NCBI GenBank assembly: GCA_001949185.1 | Contig: BDGG01000001.1 | Coordinates: 7,390,149 to 7,454,148 of the forward strand | Direction of reading: 5' to 3' | Source of the DNA: Ramazzottius varieornatus | Lineage: Eukaryota; Animalia; Tardigrada | DNA: 64,000 bases | Shown: positions 25,172-37,100 of the stretch, one piece after another | Position numbering within the stretch: the first letter of the stretch is position 1 | Layout: every line of letters starts with the position of its first letter | Position numbers and translations under genes: made by a program | Notes under the pieces: generated by a model | Told to the model about the DNA's origin: nothing | What the model saw: only the letters and a program-made list of their open reading frames with translations | Database searches by the model: none

Positions 25172-28100
25172 TCCCTCCGGTTTCTTTGTTGTTTATGGGT
25201 TTTGAGTCTAAGTCTATCCAGACGAAAATGTCCGCTAGCGACTGCGACTATGCTACTTGGTAAACTCTCGGCAGACTACCGATACAAAGCCAAAATATTC
25301 AGAGAACTAGAAGAATGCTACACGAATGACTGATAAAGGGAAATGGACACTATCAATGGTTCAAAGGAAGGAAAGCCGCATACGGGCCTAAAAGTTCTAG
25401 TACGAGGACAGACCGCCAGTTTGCACAATCAACAGCTTGAGAAAACTTAGTCGGTGACGTATAGGCTTTGGCGTTCAGGACTACGTCGTTCCATATTCGG
25501 CTGACGAGGTACGCGAAGGAGCTGTCCGAGGCTCGTATGTTCCGTCTATCCAACGACGCGTTCAGCTGAAGAGGGAACGGGTGAGAACGAATCATCCCGG
25601 TCCGCCGGGTGTTTCCTGCAACAGACCTAGGGGCAGCAACTGATACAAACGGTTCAAAGAAGAAATCACCCACAGGGACATTGCGAGAAACCATCTTGTA
25701 AGCCAAGACAAGGGAGTCTTTGATCCTTTTCAGTATCAGAAGCTCCATCCTCCGCTGTTGCAGCCGACTGCAGTAGCGTTCGATGGACGAGTCTTCCATG
25801 GCAAGACCAAAGTTGATCGTTCGGAGGAACTTCCTTTGGCAGTCTTCAGGGTCGTCGATGAGGCCTTTCTGCCGGGGACTGCACACCACACTGCAGTAAG
25901 TGAGAAGAGGAAGGACTAAGGACTGGAAATGCGTGATGCGGGCTCGTTGGCACTTTCGGTTGAACAGCGATGAGATGTACCGTACTCTCTTCTTGGCTTT
26001 CACGGCGACAGAGGACACATGGTCCTTCCAGCTCAGCCGGTGGTCCATCTGCACTCCGAGGTACTTCACGGTGTTACTGCGAAGAAGGGCATCCGAGCCG
26101 AGGTGGTATGCTGGTGGTTCAAGCACAGTGCGCTTCTCACTCAAACGAACAAACACAGATTTAAGTGCCTTAAAAGTAAGCTTCGTGTTTTTCGACCACT
26201 CGAAAATGCTATCAAGATCCTTCTGCAATTCTGTCTCGTCGCTCAGTGCTTGTATGACCCGATACAGTACAATGTCGTCAGCAAACAGCTTCAGGAAAAC
26301 TCGAGGAACGCGACACATGGAGACGAAGTTGACGAGGCAGAGGAAGGGAAGGGCACCCAGAATGGAGCCTTGAGGTACTCCGGTGGTCACTATCAGAGCT
26401 TCGGAGTTCCATCCGTCAATCACTGTCACTTGCCGACGTCCACGCAGGTAGTCTGCAAAAAGATTCAGAAAAACAGATGAGACACCAAGGTGCGCGAGAG
26501 AAGTGATAATGATCGAATGATCTGCTCGGTCAAAAGCCTCCTGGCAGTCAAGAAAGGTCGCGTCAACCGATAACCCCTCCGCGAGGGCATCCTTTCATTC
26601 TTGTACGACGGGTGTCCTGACGAGCTCGGTGGATCGTATCTAACGGAAACCGAATTGATTGTCACTGAGAAGATGGTTGCTTTCGAGATAGGAACGGAGT
26701 CGATCCGCCATGATGGTTTCGAAAACCTTTGAGAGCGGGTGGAGGAGTGAGATGGGTCGCCAGGTGGTACATCGCGTGTTGTCGAGGCTTTCTTTCGGAA
26801 TGGCGGTCACATCGGAGAGTTTCCAGCTGCGGGGAAATGTACTACGAAGGAAACATGAATTAAACAAACAACTAGCGGGTTTACGAGCGATGAGCTACAG
26901 CGCGGCAGCAATTCGGTTGACAGAAGGAAAAGCAGACTGCATTACGTGGTGTTGTTGGTACTGCTTGGCTTTCATATCCGCATTGCGGCTGAACAACTTC
27001 CACCTAGCTTTCAGTCTATTTTTCTCTTTGTGATCGAGACGAGCCTTCCACTTTTCGAACGCAACGTCACGTCGAGAAAGTGCGCGTGTTACGAAGGGGG
27101 GATACTCAACCTGACCGAAACGCTGCCTGACAGAAACCACCTGAGGAACTTCCGGGCCGCCTACAACACTGCGTCTTCGAAGGCTTCCGTTTGCTCACTT
27201 GGGTCTTTCCCTGCATAAAGAAAATTTCAGTCAGTGTTACTGAGTTCTGCGCGAAGAGCTTCGTTGTTGGTATCATTGAATTTCCGACGAAATTGTCTGA
27301 CAAGCCGAGGATTGTTCTTCCTGATTATGGCACGAAGCTGCACACAATGATGGTCACCGGTATCGGTAGGTCCAGAAATGGATTCCATTGCAGAGTACGG
27401 CACTGAAACAGAGAGGAAGACAAGATCAAGTGTATTTTCGTTTCGAGCAGGAACGTCAACAATTTGAGAGAAAAATGGCGGCATGCGTCAATCAACGCGC
27501 GACCATGGGAGCTTTGGGCGGTGATGTTCGGCCAGTGGATATCTGGCACGTTGAAGTCACCCATGACGACCAAGCGTTGAGTGAACAGGTAACGACTGGA
27601 TGTGCTCGAGAACCTTCAGGGTAGTTTCCCGAACGCTGTGTGGGGGACTGTAAAAAAACGACAACAATAATATTAGCAGAAACGATATCAACAATCAGGA
27701 GTTCAAGGTCGGTCTTCTTCTCGAAGTCAGCTCGACGGTAAGCTCGTAGACCCCTCCTGACCACGAGCGCTACCCCACCGCCATGCCGATTCCGAGCTAT
27801 TCGGAGAACGTTGAAGGAAGTGAGATTGGCGAACAGGTTAGCCTCAAAGTCTTCACAGTCCTGAGTCTCGAAGAGTCCAGTTATATCTGAAAAAAAGACC
27901 TTTACGGAAGCGGAGTTGTTAAAGATACTAACGATATTGCAAAATCTAAAAAGAACTGTATGTGATACATTACCCGATCTTGGAGTGGTAACCGCTGATG
28001 GTGGCGCGATTACTACTGGGACCGGTGTTTTTGCCCGGTGGCCTGCTGCAGGTTAACATAAGACTGACGGGGCCATTGGTACTGCCACATCTAGATAGCG

Positions 28101-29200
28101 CAGTGACGTGGCCAGTTCTCTGCTTTCATCAGCTGTTCTTCTTCACTGCTGTAGGAACCAATTCGCATGAACGTAGTTTCACGCTGATCGCCTTTCTCGG
28201 GTTCAAACACTGTCACAAAACGAACTTTGAAGCCTTCCTATTCGAGATCCGCTTGAACTTGCTCGTTGTACGCTTTGATCGTAGCGTGCTCTGCTGGGTT
28301 TCGTCTGGGTATCCCGCGCACCTTGAGGTCCATGTGCGGCTGGTGCTTGATGGACAAAGTCGATAGGAGCCCTTGGGGCGGATTCGGTTCATCGGTGACA
28401 GCAATGGAATGCTACCACGAACTACCCTCTTCTTCGGTCCCACCTTCATCCCTCCTGCAGTTTGTGGTTGATCTCCGGTCGCGGTGTTACGCTCGACCGA
28501 GCTGTTGGGTTGTGAAGGCACAGGGTTAGCTTGAGAGGCAGCAGCTGATGCGTAGGATCCTGGTGTTCGCTGTAAAGAGAGAGAAGAACTGCTATTCGGA
28601 GCAAAACGATAGTTCACGTTAGAAGGAACCATTGGTTTGGGTCGATTAATTGACTCCATATCGTCGACTGTGGCGTTCTGCTTGTGAGCACGGAATTCAT
28701 CCTCCAGATTGAGAACTTTCTTCGTCAAAACTTCATTGGATTCAAAGAGCTCATCGTTCTTCATTTGAAGATTATCCATATCCTTTCGCAAGGTGGTGAT
28801 TCCAGAAAGAGCTCCGTTAAGGCGGTCGTGTAGGCTGCTGATCATATTCCACAAGTCTTCACCCGTCGCCTTCTTGCGCTTTCCGCTGGCTAAAACATCC
28901 CTCATCTATAGGACAGGATCTTTTCCATCAGCAGGAACTGCACTGGATGTTCAGCAAGTCCATCGGAATTCTCATCCATCTCCGAATCCGAGGTTGGCAT
29001 CGTCCGAAAGGCAATTTCGCGACGATTGGCGCAGTTCCACGCACTGTTCGCGAGCTCGGCAATCGAACTCGGCGGTAGGTTTTTCCAAGTGGCGCAGATT
29101 TTAAATGTGACTGGCTGAAAGCATGCAAGTGACCGGAGAGAAGTTCTATGACAGTCTGTTCCATGACAGTCGTTGTACGAGTACTTCATGGACCAAAACC
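25172..29200 (-). mobile_element. Decayed near-full-length non-LTR retrotransposon (CR1/L2-like LINE): ORF1 plus APE endonuclease-RT ORF2
   Basis: ORF1 remnants (~28000-29190) have a Cys/W PHD-like start and a coiled coil. APE motifs RNRHGGGVAL, VVMGDFNVPDIHW, TLDLVF, GDHHCV. RT motifs WRPISLL, NQFGFR, FLDCQEAFD, GVPQGSILG, LFADDIVLY, YLGVQMD. Several stops and frameshifts. A-rich tail near 25172-25195; both ends approximate. Confidence 0.92.
25353..26429 (-). pseudogene. C-terminal half of the LINE ORF2 reverse transcriptase (still an open frame)
   Basis: 358-aa ORF with GVPQGS, FADD and YLG motifs; the same frame has in-frame stops upstream (~26590 and 26640). Confidence 0.88.
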
Positions 29201-30023
29201 AGAGGGCACTTACTACTGTAACTTAACACCCTGAAAACCAAGCTTTTTGTGCCGGCAGATTACCAGCGTACTCACTGTGAGCACAGAACTGACTGGAGGA
29301 AGAGGGAAGGCGTACCCCAAATTAACCAATAGACAACTTTCAGAATTTCGAAATTGTTGAGATTGACAGGCCGTAAAGGCCAACTTGGGAAAAGTAGCCC
29401 TGGCCGTTTTGATTTTTTTCTGGACGCACCGATGACACCAAGTTTGTCCCAAGTCTAGTATCAGTAGAGGAAGCTCTCTTTAATTTTTCAGTTTTTTTCT
29501 AAACAGATGTTAGTTATGTTTCTCGAGCAAAGACATGAAACCTAAAATACCCCCGAAACTGCCCGAAATCGTAAGGATTTTTCCAGCCTGCGGAAGTTGT
29601 ACTGACCAGTGGTCATCAGCGCGTTTCGGTGATAAGACCGCAGACCAGGCAAAGAAAAAAAGTTTGATTCAAACCGGGCAAAATGGTAATTATGGGAAGC
29701 GAGAACGTGCCGTATTGCACTCATAATGAGTACGGTGGTAATCAGGGTGTTGAGTTAATCATCCACTTGACGCGCGCACTCGACATCCTGTTTCCAATTC
29801 ATTTCTTCATTCTCTTCTGACTTCTTGTTTTCGGATCGGATTTTGTTTCAAAATAGTGTATCACTGTTATGTACGTGGAAAGCCATAGATGCCATAGAAT
29901 ACCATAAGTTTCAAGGGCACTGGGACCAGCATCATAACATGACCGGCTGTTTTTATCACCTCAAATTAGGTACATACATGTGATCCGGAGTAGGATACTA
30001 GCTACTATCATGTGTTATACAGG

Positions 30024-31455
30024 TCAACATTCAAACGGATTGCAATCGAACGAATATTTTTGCAAGCAATCGGCGATCCAGGCGTCCGTCTTGGCAGCTA
30101 GTTCTGGGGAGAACTCCTCTTTCCATCCTCCGGACTTGCCTATCGTAAAAACTTGGATAAGATCAGGGATGATCAAATGGAAAGGTAAAGTTACCATTTC
30201 GTATGAAGTGATGCAGCTGTCTGCCGTTTTCGTCCTTGACAGTAAAGTTTCTTCTCCAGGTTTCATCGTTGTGATCTGTCATGTACTCCTTCGATGTCAA
30301 GCGCATGATGTTCTCCAGTTCGTCTTCAGACAGCGGTTTACCCAGAAACGCTGCAACTTTCTCGGTCACTCCACGACGATCCTTCGCAATCAGAACAAAC
30401 CATTAAAACAGCTAAGTTTCAACACAGTGCGATCCCGTTAAACAGACTCGAAGGATAGTTATTTTGAGTGACGCATCCCCTCAGCCAAGAACTCTAAAAA
30501 CGCGCGCCACTTGGGAGAACTATCCCGTCGCATTCGCTTAACAAGCTTCTCATTGTTTGGGAATTGATTCTGATAAACTCCGAACTTACTTTCAAGAGTG
30601 TCTCGTAAGAAGTGACGAAGAAGTTGGGCTGGTGACGATGGACCCAGTAGCCATGCAAGTGTGCGAAGAAGTTACCGTAAGCAATGCGTCCAACCATGAA
30701 GTCCTCCGCGAACTCCTCGAAAGTTCCCAGCCGGTCCACGATCTTGTAGTTGTGGTACATGTAATGATAGTAATGGGAAACCATGACGTCTTTTACGCTA
30801 CGGTAGATGTAGATAACCTACGAGATCACCACCGCGCTGGTTGTGTGGACGAAGCAATCTACAGGATCGTTCCCTACCTTCGGATGATTGCGCTCAACGT
30901 CCCGCGGAAGTAGGGAGTATGGTAGATGCGTTCGCATGGTCTTGGGTGAATCCCATTGCTTGATGTAATGAAGCATCGTGTCATTTCCGAAGAAGGTCTG
31001 AAAGCTCCACTTGAACTCAATGAACAAGAAGTTTAGATACTTCCTAGCTCTAATGTCCCAAGTTCCGTTGGACACTATGCTCTTCGGATCCCCATTGTTC
31101 AGGATCAGTGTGACAATGGCGTCCAGCCAAGTAGAACCTCGAATACAATTTTCGGTCATAAGTGGAGCCGCACTGCGGACCAGCGGATGCCGACAAACAG
31201 TTTGCATACCGGTCTTTTGATAAGACGCCAGCAGAATGTCCTTATCGTTGCACTCAAAAGCTTCCACTGTCGGCATGTGCTCCGCGAAATCATCATGGAG
31301 CGGAACTCCTTTGTAGTCGACTCTTCAAAACGAATTTGAATATGGAGTCCGCATAACCGATTTCTGGAAATGGTTAGGTTATCTAAATCTTACAGCTTGT
31401 GTTTGAACCAAATCGGGAGCTCCTCCGCTCGATGGACGTAGTTCGCTTGTGCCAT
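30024..31455 (-). CDS. Cytosolic (PAPS-dependent, SULT1-like) sulfotransferase, multi-exon
   Basis: Start MAQANYVHRAEE... spliced to VDYKGVP...DILLASYQKTG/STW (5'-PSB loop). Also MRTHLPYSLLP, YRSVKDVMVSHY (3'-PB), YGNFFAHLHGYW, SYETL and FIRNG/KSGGWKEEFS. Confidence 0.92.
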
Positions 31456-32091
31456 AATTCAGAATTCTCTTAAAATCTGAACAAATTTTGCTGTAAACTT
31501 AGCTAAAGTGTATATAGAGAAATGGACGCGTCACAACTTCAGAAACTGAACTGGAAAAAGCGAGAAGAACCAAAGACCAAGTTGATTTTCTAGTCTAATA
31601 TACGTAGATTTGAGATATCGAGGGGGTTCTCAAGGCCGCACATCCAGAGTCATCCAAGCTTTGATTGCGATCGTTAGCTGATATCACGAAGTGCACTTGT
31701 GTAGGGTTTACAACTAGGTGTACCACAATAACTATATACAGTATACGGAAAAGCCCGCCAGTTTCTGCGGTCGTAAGCACCATTACCGTAACAGAGGGGG
31801 TACTCGCGCATAATGCAGCACCTTTATCTCGCAGCATCAGATCTCCGATCGTCTGACTGCGGCCCGTAAATCTGGGTTCCAAGATTTTCACCCAAAGTCA
31901 GCATGACTGAGCAAAGGATTTACGAGTACTGCGGGACTTTGAACACATCACCACATTCTTGAGCGGAAGAAAGAAAGCACAGCACAACTAAACAGAACTC
32001 CATGGAACGAGAACAACTTCCGACTTTCCGATTTCTGATGGTCTCTGAAATTTCCAAAACGGGATTATTTTTAATTTTCGCCAAATGAGTT

Positions 32092-32290
32092 GGAAGTTCG
32101 GCAAACGAACTCTCAGACCAGTTTCCCAGGTGGCGCATGTTTTCAGCGTTATTGGCCAAGAGCTTGCGCCATTTGGACGAACGAGCTTTTCGACTGCGAG
32201 TATTTCTCAAAGTGGCGCACGTTGTTGGTGTTATTGGCTGAGTGCTCGCGCAACTTGAGAAAACAGTCTGGTCGCGTTTGTTTCCGGAAC
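32092..32290. repeat. Palindromic element, two hairpin units
   Basis: GGAAGTTCGGCAAACGAACTC...CCAGGTGGCGCATG...AAGTGGCGCACG...GTTTGTTTCCGGAAC. Confidence 0.8.
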
Positions 32291-32399
32291 CATCAGATGA
32301 AGATTTGTCTTACATCAGCTTCCTTTCTCGACGAACCTCGATGAAGGCAGGAGCCACCGGTGTCTGTAATACAAAGTCCGCTGCATTTCCACTTTGTGA

Positions 32400-33090
32400 T
32401 TATTCTACGAGATGTTTATGTATGGATAAAACACCCACAGGATATTGACACAGTATTATCTTCTTTTGATCTCCCTCAGCGAGAACGTTCCTTTGGCCAT
32501 AAATTATCATCATTGTGTTCGAGTACAAGTACTCTTCACGTTTAGTGCCACAGCCGCGAATGGGTATCCTAAATTGGTACTCCGTGCTTCCGTTTCCCCA
32601 GAAAGAACATCCTCGGGTCTTGGGATCATTCTCCAACGCAACGCGACCCAGGAAGGGCTCGTCAAACATGAGATCCACCACTATTTCCGTTGTTTCGCAC
32701 GATATGCTGGCTGTAAAAATAGAAAAAGCGATTTGAAAGCATGACTATATATAAATGGCAACACATCGCAACTCGTCGATGCGCAAGTTGATGCGACAGT
32801 TGCAATGTCAAGTAAAGAAGTGGCTGGATAAAAGAAGTCCCATAGTTTTTGTACCATTGCTTCTGGTGTTGTTGTAGAGATCAACTGGTAAATGCAGAGA
32901 AATATTCGTCATGGAAAGCATCGATAGGTCCGTAGAGTTGTTCTCGAAGTCCAAAGCAGCGCATGTTATCCATATCTTCGAAAAACATATAAGCTTCGTG
33001 AACCAAAATGCAGATTAATTGCCGGAGAACCACCGTGGTACTTACTGAAGTTAACGATAGACACACGTTAAGGATTATCCATTCCTTCAT
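32400..33090 (-). CDS. Putative short secreted ZP-N (cuticlin-N-like) domain protein, paralog of the neighbouring ZP gene
   Basis: Exon 32400-32711: SISCETTEIVVDLMFDEPFLGRVALENDPKTRGCSFWGNGSTEYQFRIPIRGCGT...YSNTMMIIYG...EGDQKKIILCQYP, with four ZP-N cysteines. Candidate signal-peptide exon MKEWIILNVCLSLTS followed by gtaagt (33046-33090). The middle exon is uncertain. Confidence 0.65.
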
Positions 33091-33456
33091 GTCTGCAGCA
33101 TAATCGGCGGTAGTAGAGCTGCTGGTGCCGACGCGATCACTCGAGCTCTCAATGCACCCACATCATATGCGGAGGATTCTGATTTCTGTTCTTCGAAGTG
33201 GGTCACTAGCGTTACAAGCGTCTTATTACTGTTGAAACGAACGTGTTGTTTCTTTTGATGTTAGCTCGGACCCCACAATGGACGTACACTGCAGTAGAAA
33301 ATCTCTGTCGTCTATCACCTGAAGGTTCTTTGCCCGACCGTTCATCTTGTCTGTATGCTGAGCTATTCATACGTAACTTTACGACCAAAGTGTTTTCCGC
33401 CTTCGCGTATCAATACATACAGAACGCGTACCGGCGCTTCATTTACATGGCGTTAG

Positions 33457-33613
33457 TACTGTAGTGCTACCAAATTATCGCGCACTCAACCACGTGAACA
33501 GTGAATGATGCCCAGGGTGAGGTCATTGGGGCTACAATGATTCATCTGATCGTACTGGGCAACGATGACTCATCACGTGGTTGAGTGCGCGATAATTTGG
33601 TAGCACTACAGTA
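33457..33613. mobile_element. MITE (~155 bp) with perfect 39-bp TIRs and TA flanks
   Basis: TA-CTGTAGTGCTACCAAATTATCGCGCACTCAACCACGTGA (33457-33497) and its exact reverse complement (33573-33613). Confidence 0.9.
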
Positions 33614-34184
33614 GCATAGAGCAGATGTGCGACTGTTCTTGGCACACCGATATTTGCACAGGCAAGAATGTACAGTACAACCAAGAAGCGCGGCTGCCGT
33701 AATCGATATCTATGAAGTCCGACCCTATCTTTACACGGACCGGGCCAGGCTGCAGGCCGAAACCAAATTTGGAGGTGTGCGGGGTCGTCGAGCTTTCCAT
33801 CTTCCAGCTCAACGCGGTTCCCGCGGTTTTCTTGAACCTCAAAGTGATTGTCATCCACTCATCGATCTATCAACGAATTTCAGACCAAACGCATTATTTG
33901 CGCTTACCTTTACAGACTGCATTTTTTTGCGCTTGACCCGAAGAAAAGAAGGAACTTTGCTGGCAGTTCGTTGTTCTCTTTGTTTCCTTCCAATAATTGT
34001 TGACGCATTTATTAGCCGGCAATTTCTAGTCGGACAAGGACAGGTAAAAGTTTTGGTTATCCAACTCTAGACAATCTTTGTGGTTAGTCTACCAAATTGA
34101 CTGCAGGATTGTCACTGTGTACATTTAAAGACTCTTGGCACATAGACCGTCATGAATACATCGACATCTTCGTAAAACATCAAA

Positions 34185-37100
34185 TCACAACTCTTGCTGA
34201 CTCTCCTCTTCCAACTCCCTCACCGCCGTCACCCTCGTCCTCCTTTCCCCGCGGTACGTCCTGGCGCTTCTCGTCGGTTCGCTGACGCCACTTTCCTCAA
34301 AGTACTCTGATACCTGCGAGTCTCTCCTAGCCGTCGACCCCAACCAACTACTCCCTGCATCCGAGCTCGTCACTGAGCCTCTTTGCACCATCCTGGGTAC
34401 ATCCTCCGTCAGTTCCGACAGCGCCCTTTCCGCCGAACTGGGCGTCAACGTCGAGCTGGTCTCGACATCATTCAAGTCTCGCGGTGGCGTCAACCTGGTG
34501 AACCACTCGGGTTGTGGCTCGATAAACTCTCGGTCACCGGGATGGGGACGTGGGAGGTCGAGGGTGATGATGAAGACGCGAATGATGATGGTCCAGGACG
34601 TTTCTACGAAGTACGTGTCGTAGGGCGGGGTGTAGCGGATGTAGTAGAGATCGTAGACGGTGCGGACACGGGTGATGACCAGCTGGAAGTCTTCGTCGTA
34701 GAGAACCAGGTCGCGCAGTCGGTCGATGTCGTCGAGGGGCAGAATGTCCTTGTCGGGGACGGGACCGCCGTCTTCGGACTGAAATTCGTAGATAGTGCGG
34801 TACAGCTCGTCCCATTCCAGTGGTCGACGGGGAGCGTTGCCTTGGTGGAAGGGATGGTAGGTAGGAATGGCACCAGCGATAATCGGCTTAGTTCCTAAAA
34901 CAATCCAACTTTAATCAAAGTCGAAGAAATTCGTGGAACAATCGATCTGTGGAGAAATATCGTAGAGATATGTCCAGACCGCTTCCCTCGTTGACACTGA
35001 AACGTGCTTGAACAGACAGCAAGAGCATTACACAGCCTACCGAACGATGGTGGAGCCATCCTGGTCTCTCGAGTGGTGGAACTTTGCGTGGTGGTTCTTG
35101 TGGTAGTTGCAGGCTCTGTAAAGAAACAATCAAGTCAATCCATGAAGGACTGTTTTTTGGCCATGCATGTTAGTGCCATATGATACCGCAATTTTATCCC
35201 GAGCTGGGAAATTACGGGATGACTGCCTACCGCTGAAGATTGGTCGTGGTATGGTTGTCGGACGATGTATGGAATATTCCCTCAACGTCTCCGTGCTTCT
35301 CGACGGCCTTGCCAGAGTGCTGCCCTCGGGTGAGTTTCCGGTGCCTGTAGAAAAATTAATAGACTTGGCTGTTCGAGCTCGCATGGCAGCTTGTTTGGGT
35401 ACGAAATTTCGGGGCTCTATCGGGACGAACCTGAGCTAGCTGGGGGTGTTCCCGCATCAATTTGCTTTTGAATATCCCTTGTCATGGTGCTAGTGTAGGT
35501 GTCGGTTTGCGTCATGGGGTAGTCGGGAGGGTAGTCCGGACTGATGCTCACTTCTGTTTCAAAACAGACTTGTATCACATAATGGAATGTTTGTCTGTTA
35601 CTGAGAAAGAAGGCTAACAATTATGTTTCAAGTTTGCCTACCGCGTGGAGTGATTCCCTCGATGTCATACAGATCTCGTCTGGAAGTTTCACGATAGGTT
35701 CGAGATGTGGTTGATGGACGCTGAGGACCCGTTGGTCCGGGTCCTGAGTACAGATCGTACTGCTTCCTGGTCTCTTGTCGATTCGTTATGTCCGTTCTAT
35801 CGACAATTTCTGGAAAAAATGGGGCCGTTAAAAAGCCAGGAGTAGTAGTATCAATAATAATTTGTGAGCTCGGCAAATCGAACTCGACAAGAATATTTTC
35901 CCAAGTGGCGCGTTTTGTCAGTGTTAGTTGCCAAACGCTTCCACTACTTCCTGAACAAAAATCTGGACGACTTTGTTTGGGTTTGCATAGGTTAGGTTCG
36001 CGAACTAGAGTGTTGGGCATACCCGGTGAGAACAGGCGGCCCGAATAAATTCTCTCGTCCCGTGTGACCGTAGACGTGGTGGTTGTCTGTGGTCCCGGGT
36101 AAGGAGCGGCATCGTAGTCTCGTCTAATGTCCGTATCGCGAGTCGTCCTCGTGGTCGTTGTAGGACCAGGACCTGGACGTCTCGATGGAAGCTGATCCGA
36201 AAACTCGTTGTACCTATCGATGTTGGTTACTGTCGTTGTCGAGGTCCTCGTAGTCGGTCCTGAGAAAAAGAGCTGCTGTGAGAACCACTCTGAGAACATG
36301 AAGGCAGTAGTCTAGCATGAGCTGACTACTGCCTTTCCCCGATAAGGAATATCGGGGAAAGAAGACTGGAGAGGGAATGAATAATTCTGCGTGTCAAACC
36401 CAACAGTCTGAATATTAACTTCGAGAATGCGAATTACTTACATACGCGAGTACTGATATCACTTTTCTCTTTTTTTAGATGATTGATTGGTTGCATATAC
36501 CACTGGGTTTTCCCTCGCTACTCGTACCTGGCTGTGTGGGAGGAAATCTTTGGTACTCTCGCCTATCCTCACTCGTCCTCGTCGTAGTGGTCTGCGGAGC
36601 TCTTTGAGGAGGCGGATACATTTCGTAATCCCTCTCGATGTTCGTTTCGGTGACAGTGCGGGTAGTTGTTATCGGTTTCGGTGCGGGTTGGGGTCGTGGT
36701 GGATAATACTCCACACTTCGTTCAATATCGGTTTCCGTCGTGGTCGCCGTGATGGGTTTAGGCGGCGGCTGCCGACGTGGTGGATAAAACTCAACACTCT
36801 GTTCGATGTCCGTTTCGGTCGTGGTTGTTGTGATGGGTGCGGGTGGCTGTCTTGGTGGCTGGCGGACTGGACCTCTCGGTCTCGGGTACACTTCAAAGTC
36901 CCGTTCGATGTTGGTTTCGGTGACTGTCTGGGTAGTTGTGACGGGTCGCGGAGGATATCTTTGGTCTATTTGCATACGGTCATCTGACCGTCCTAAAAGG
37001 ACGAAAGAGACCAGCTGAATTTTGCAGAAACAGTACAGTATTCATTCTGGGTGAAGTGTACTACACGGTCAAGTGCTGCTGTCCGAAGGCAACATAACGC

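Noticed and set aside
26465-26665. Apparent insertion interrupting the LINE reverse transcriptase
   Set aside because: Translating through the stops gives ...RSTELV...DATFLDCQEAFDRADH..., the normal RT domain 3; only nonsense mutations are present.
29080-29097. TTTTCCAAGTGGCGCA inside LINE ORF1 matching the hairpin core
   Set aside because: Single arm with no partner or flanking homology, in a coding context (CATWK); probably coincidental.
31595-32005. Short ORFs downstream of the ZP-N-only exon, including a signal-like MEFCLVVLCFLSSAQ
   Set aside because: No consistent splice path without stops; cannot assign them to a gene.
33620-33860. Minus-strand ORF apparently interrupted by the MITE
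   Set aside because: Removing the MITE gives a stop within six codons and there is no recognisable homology.
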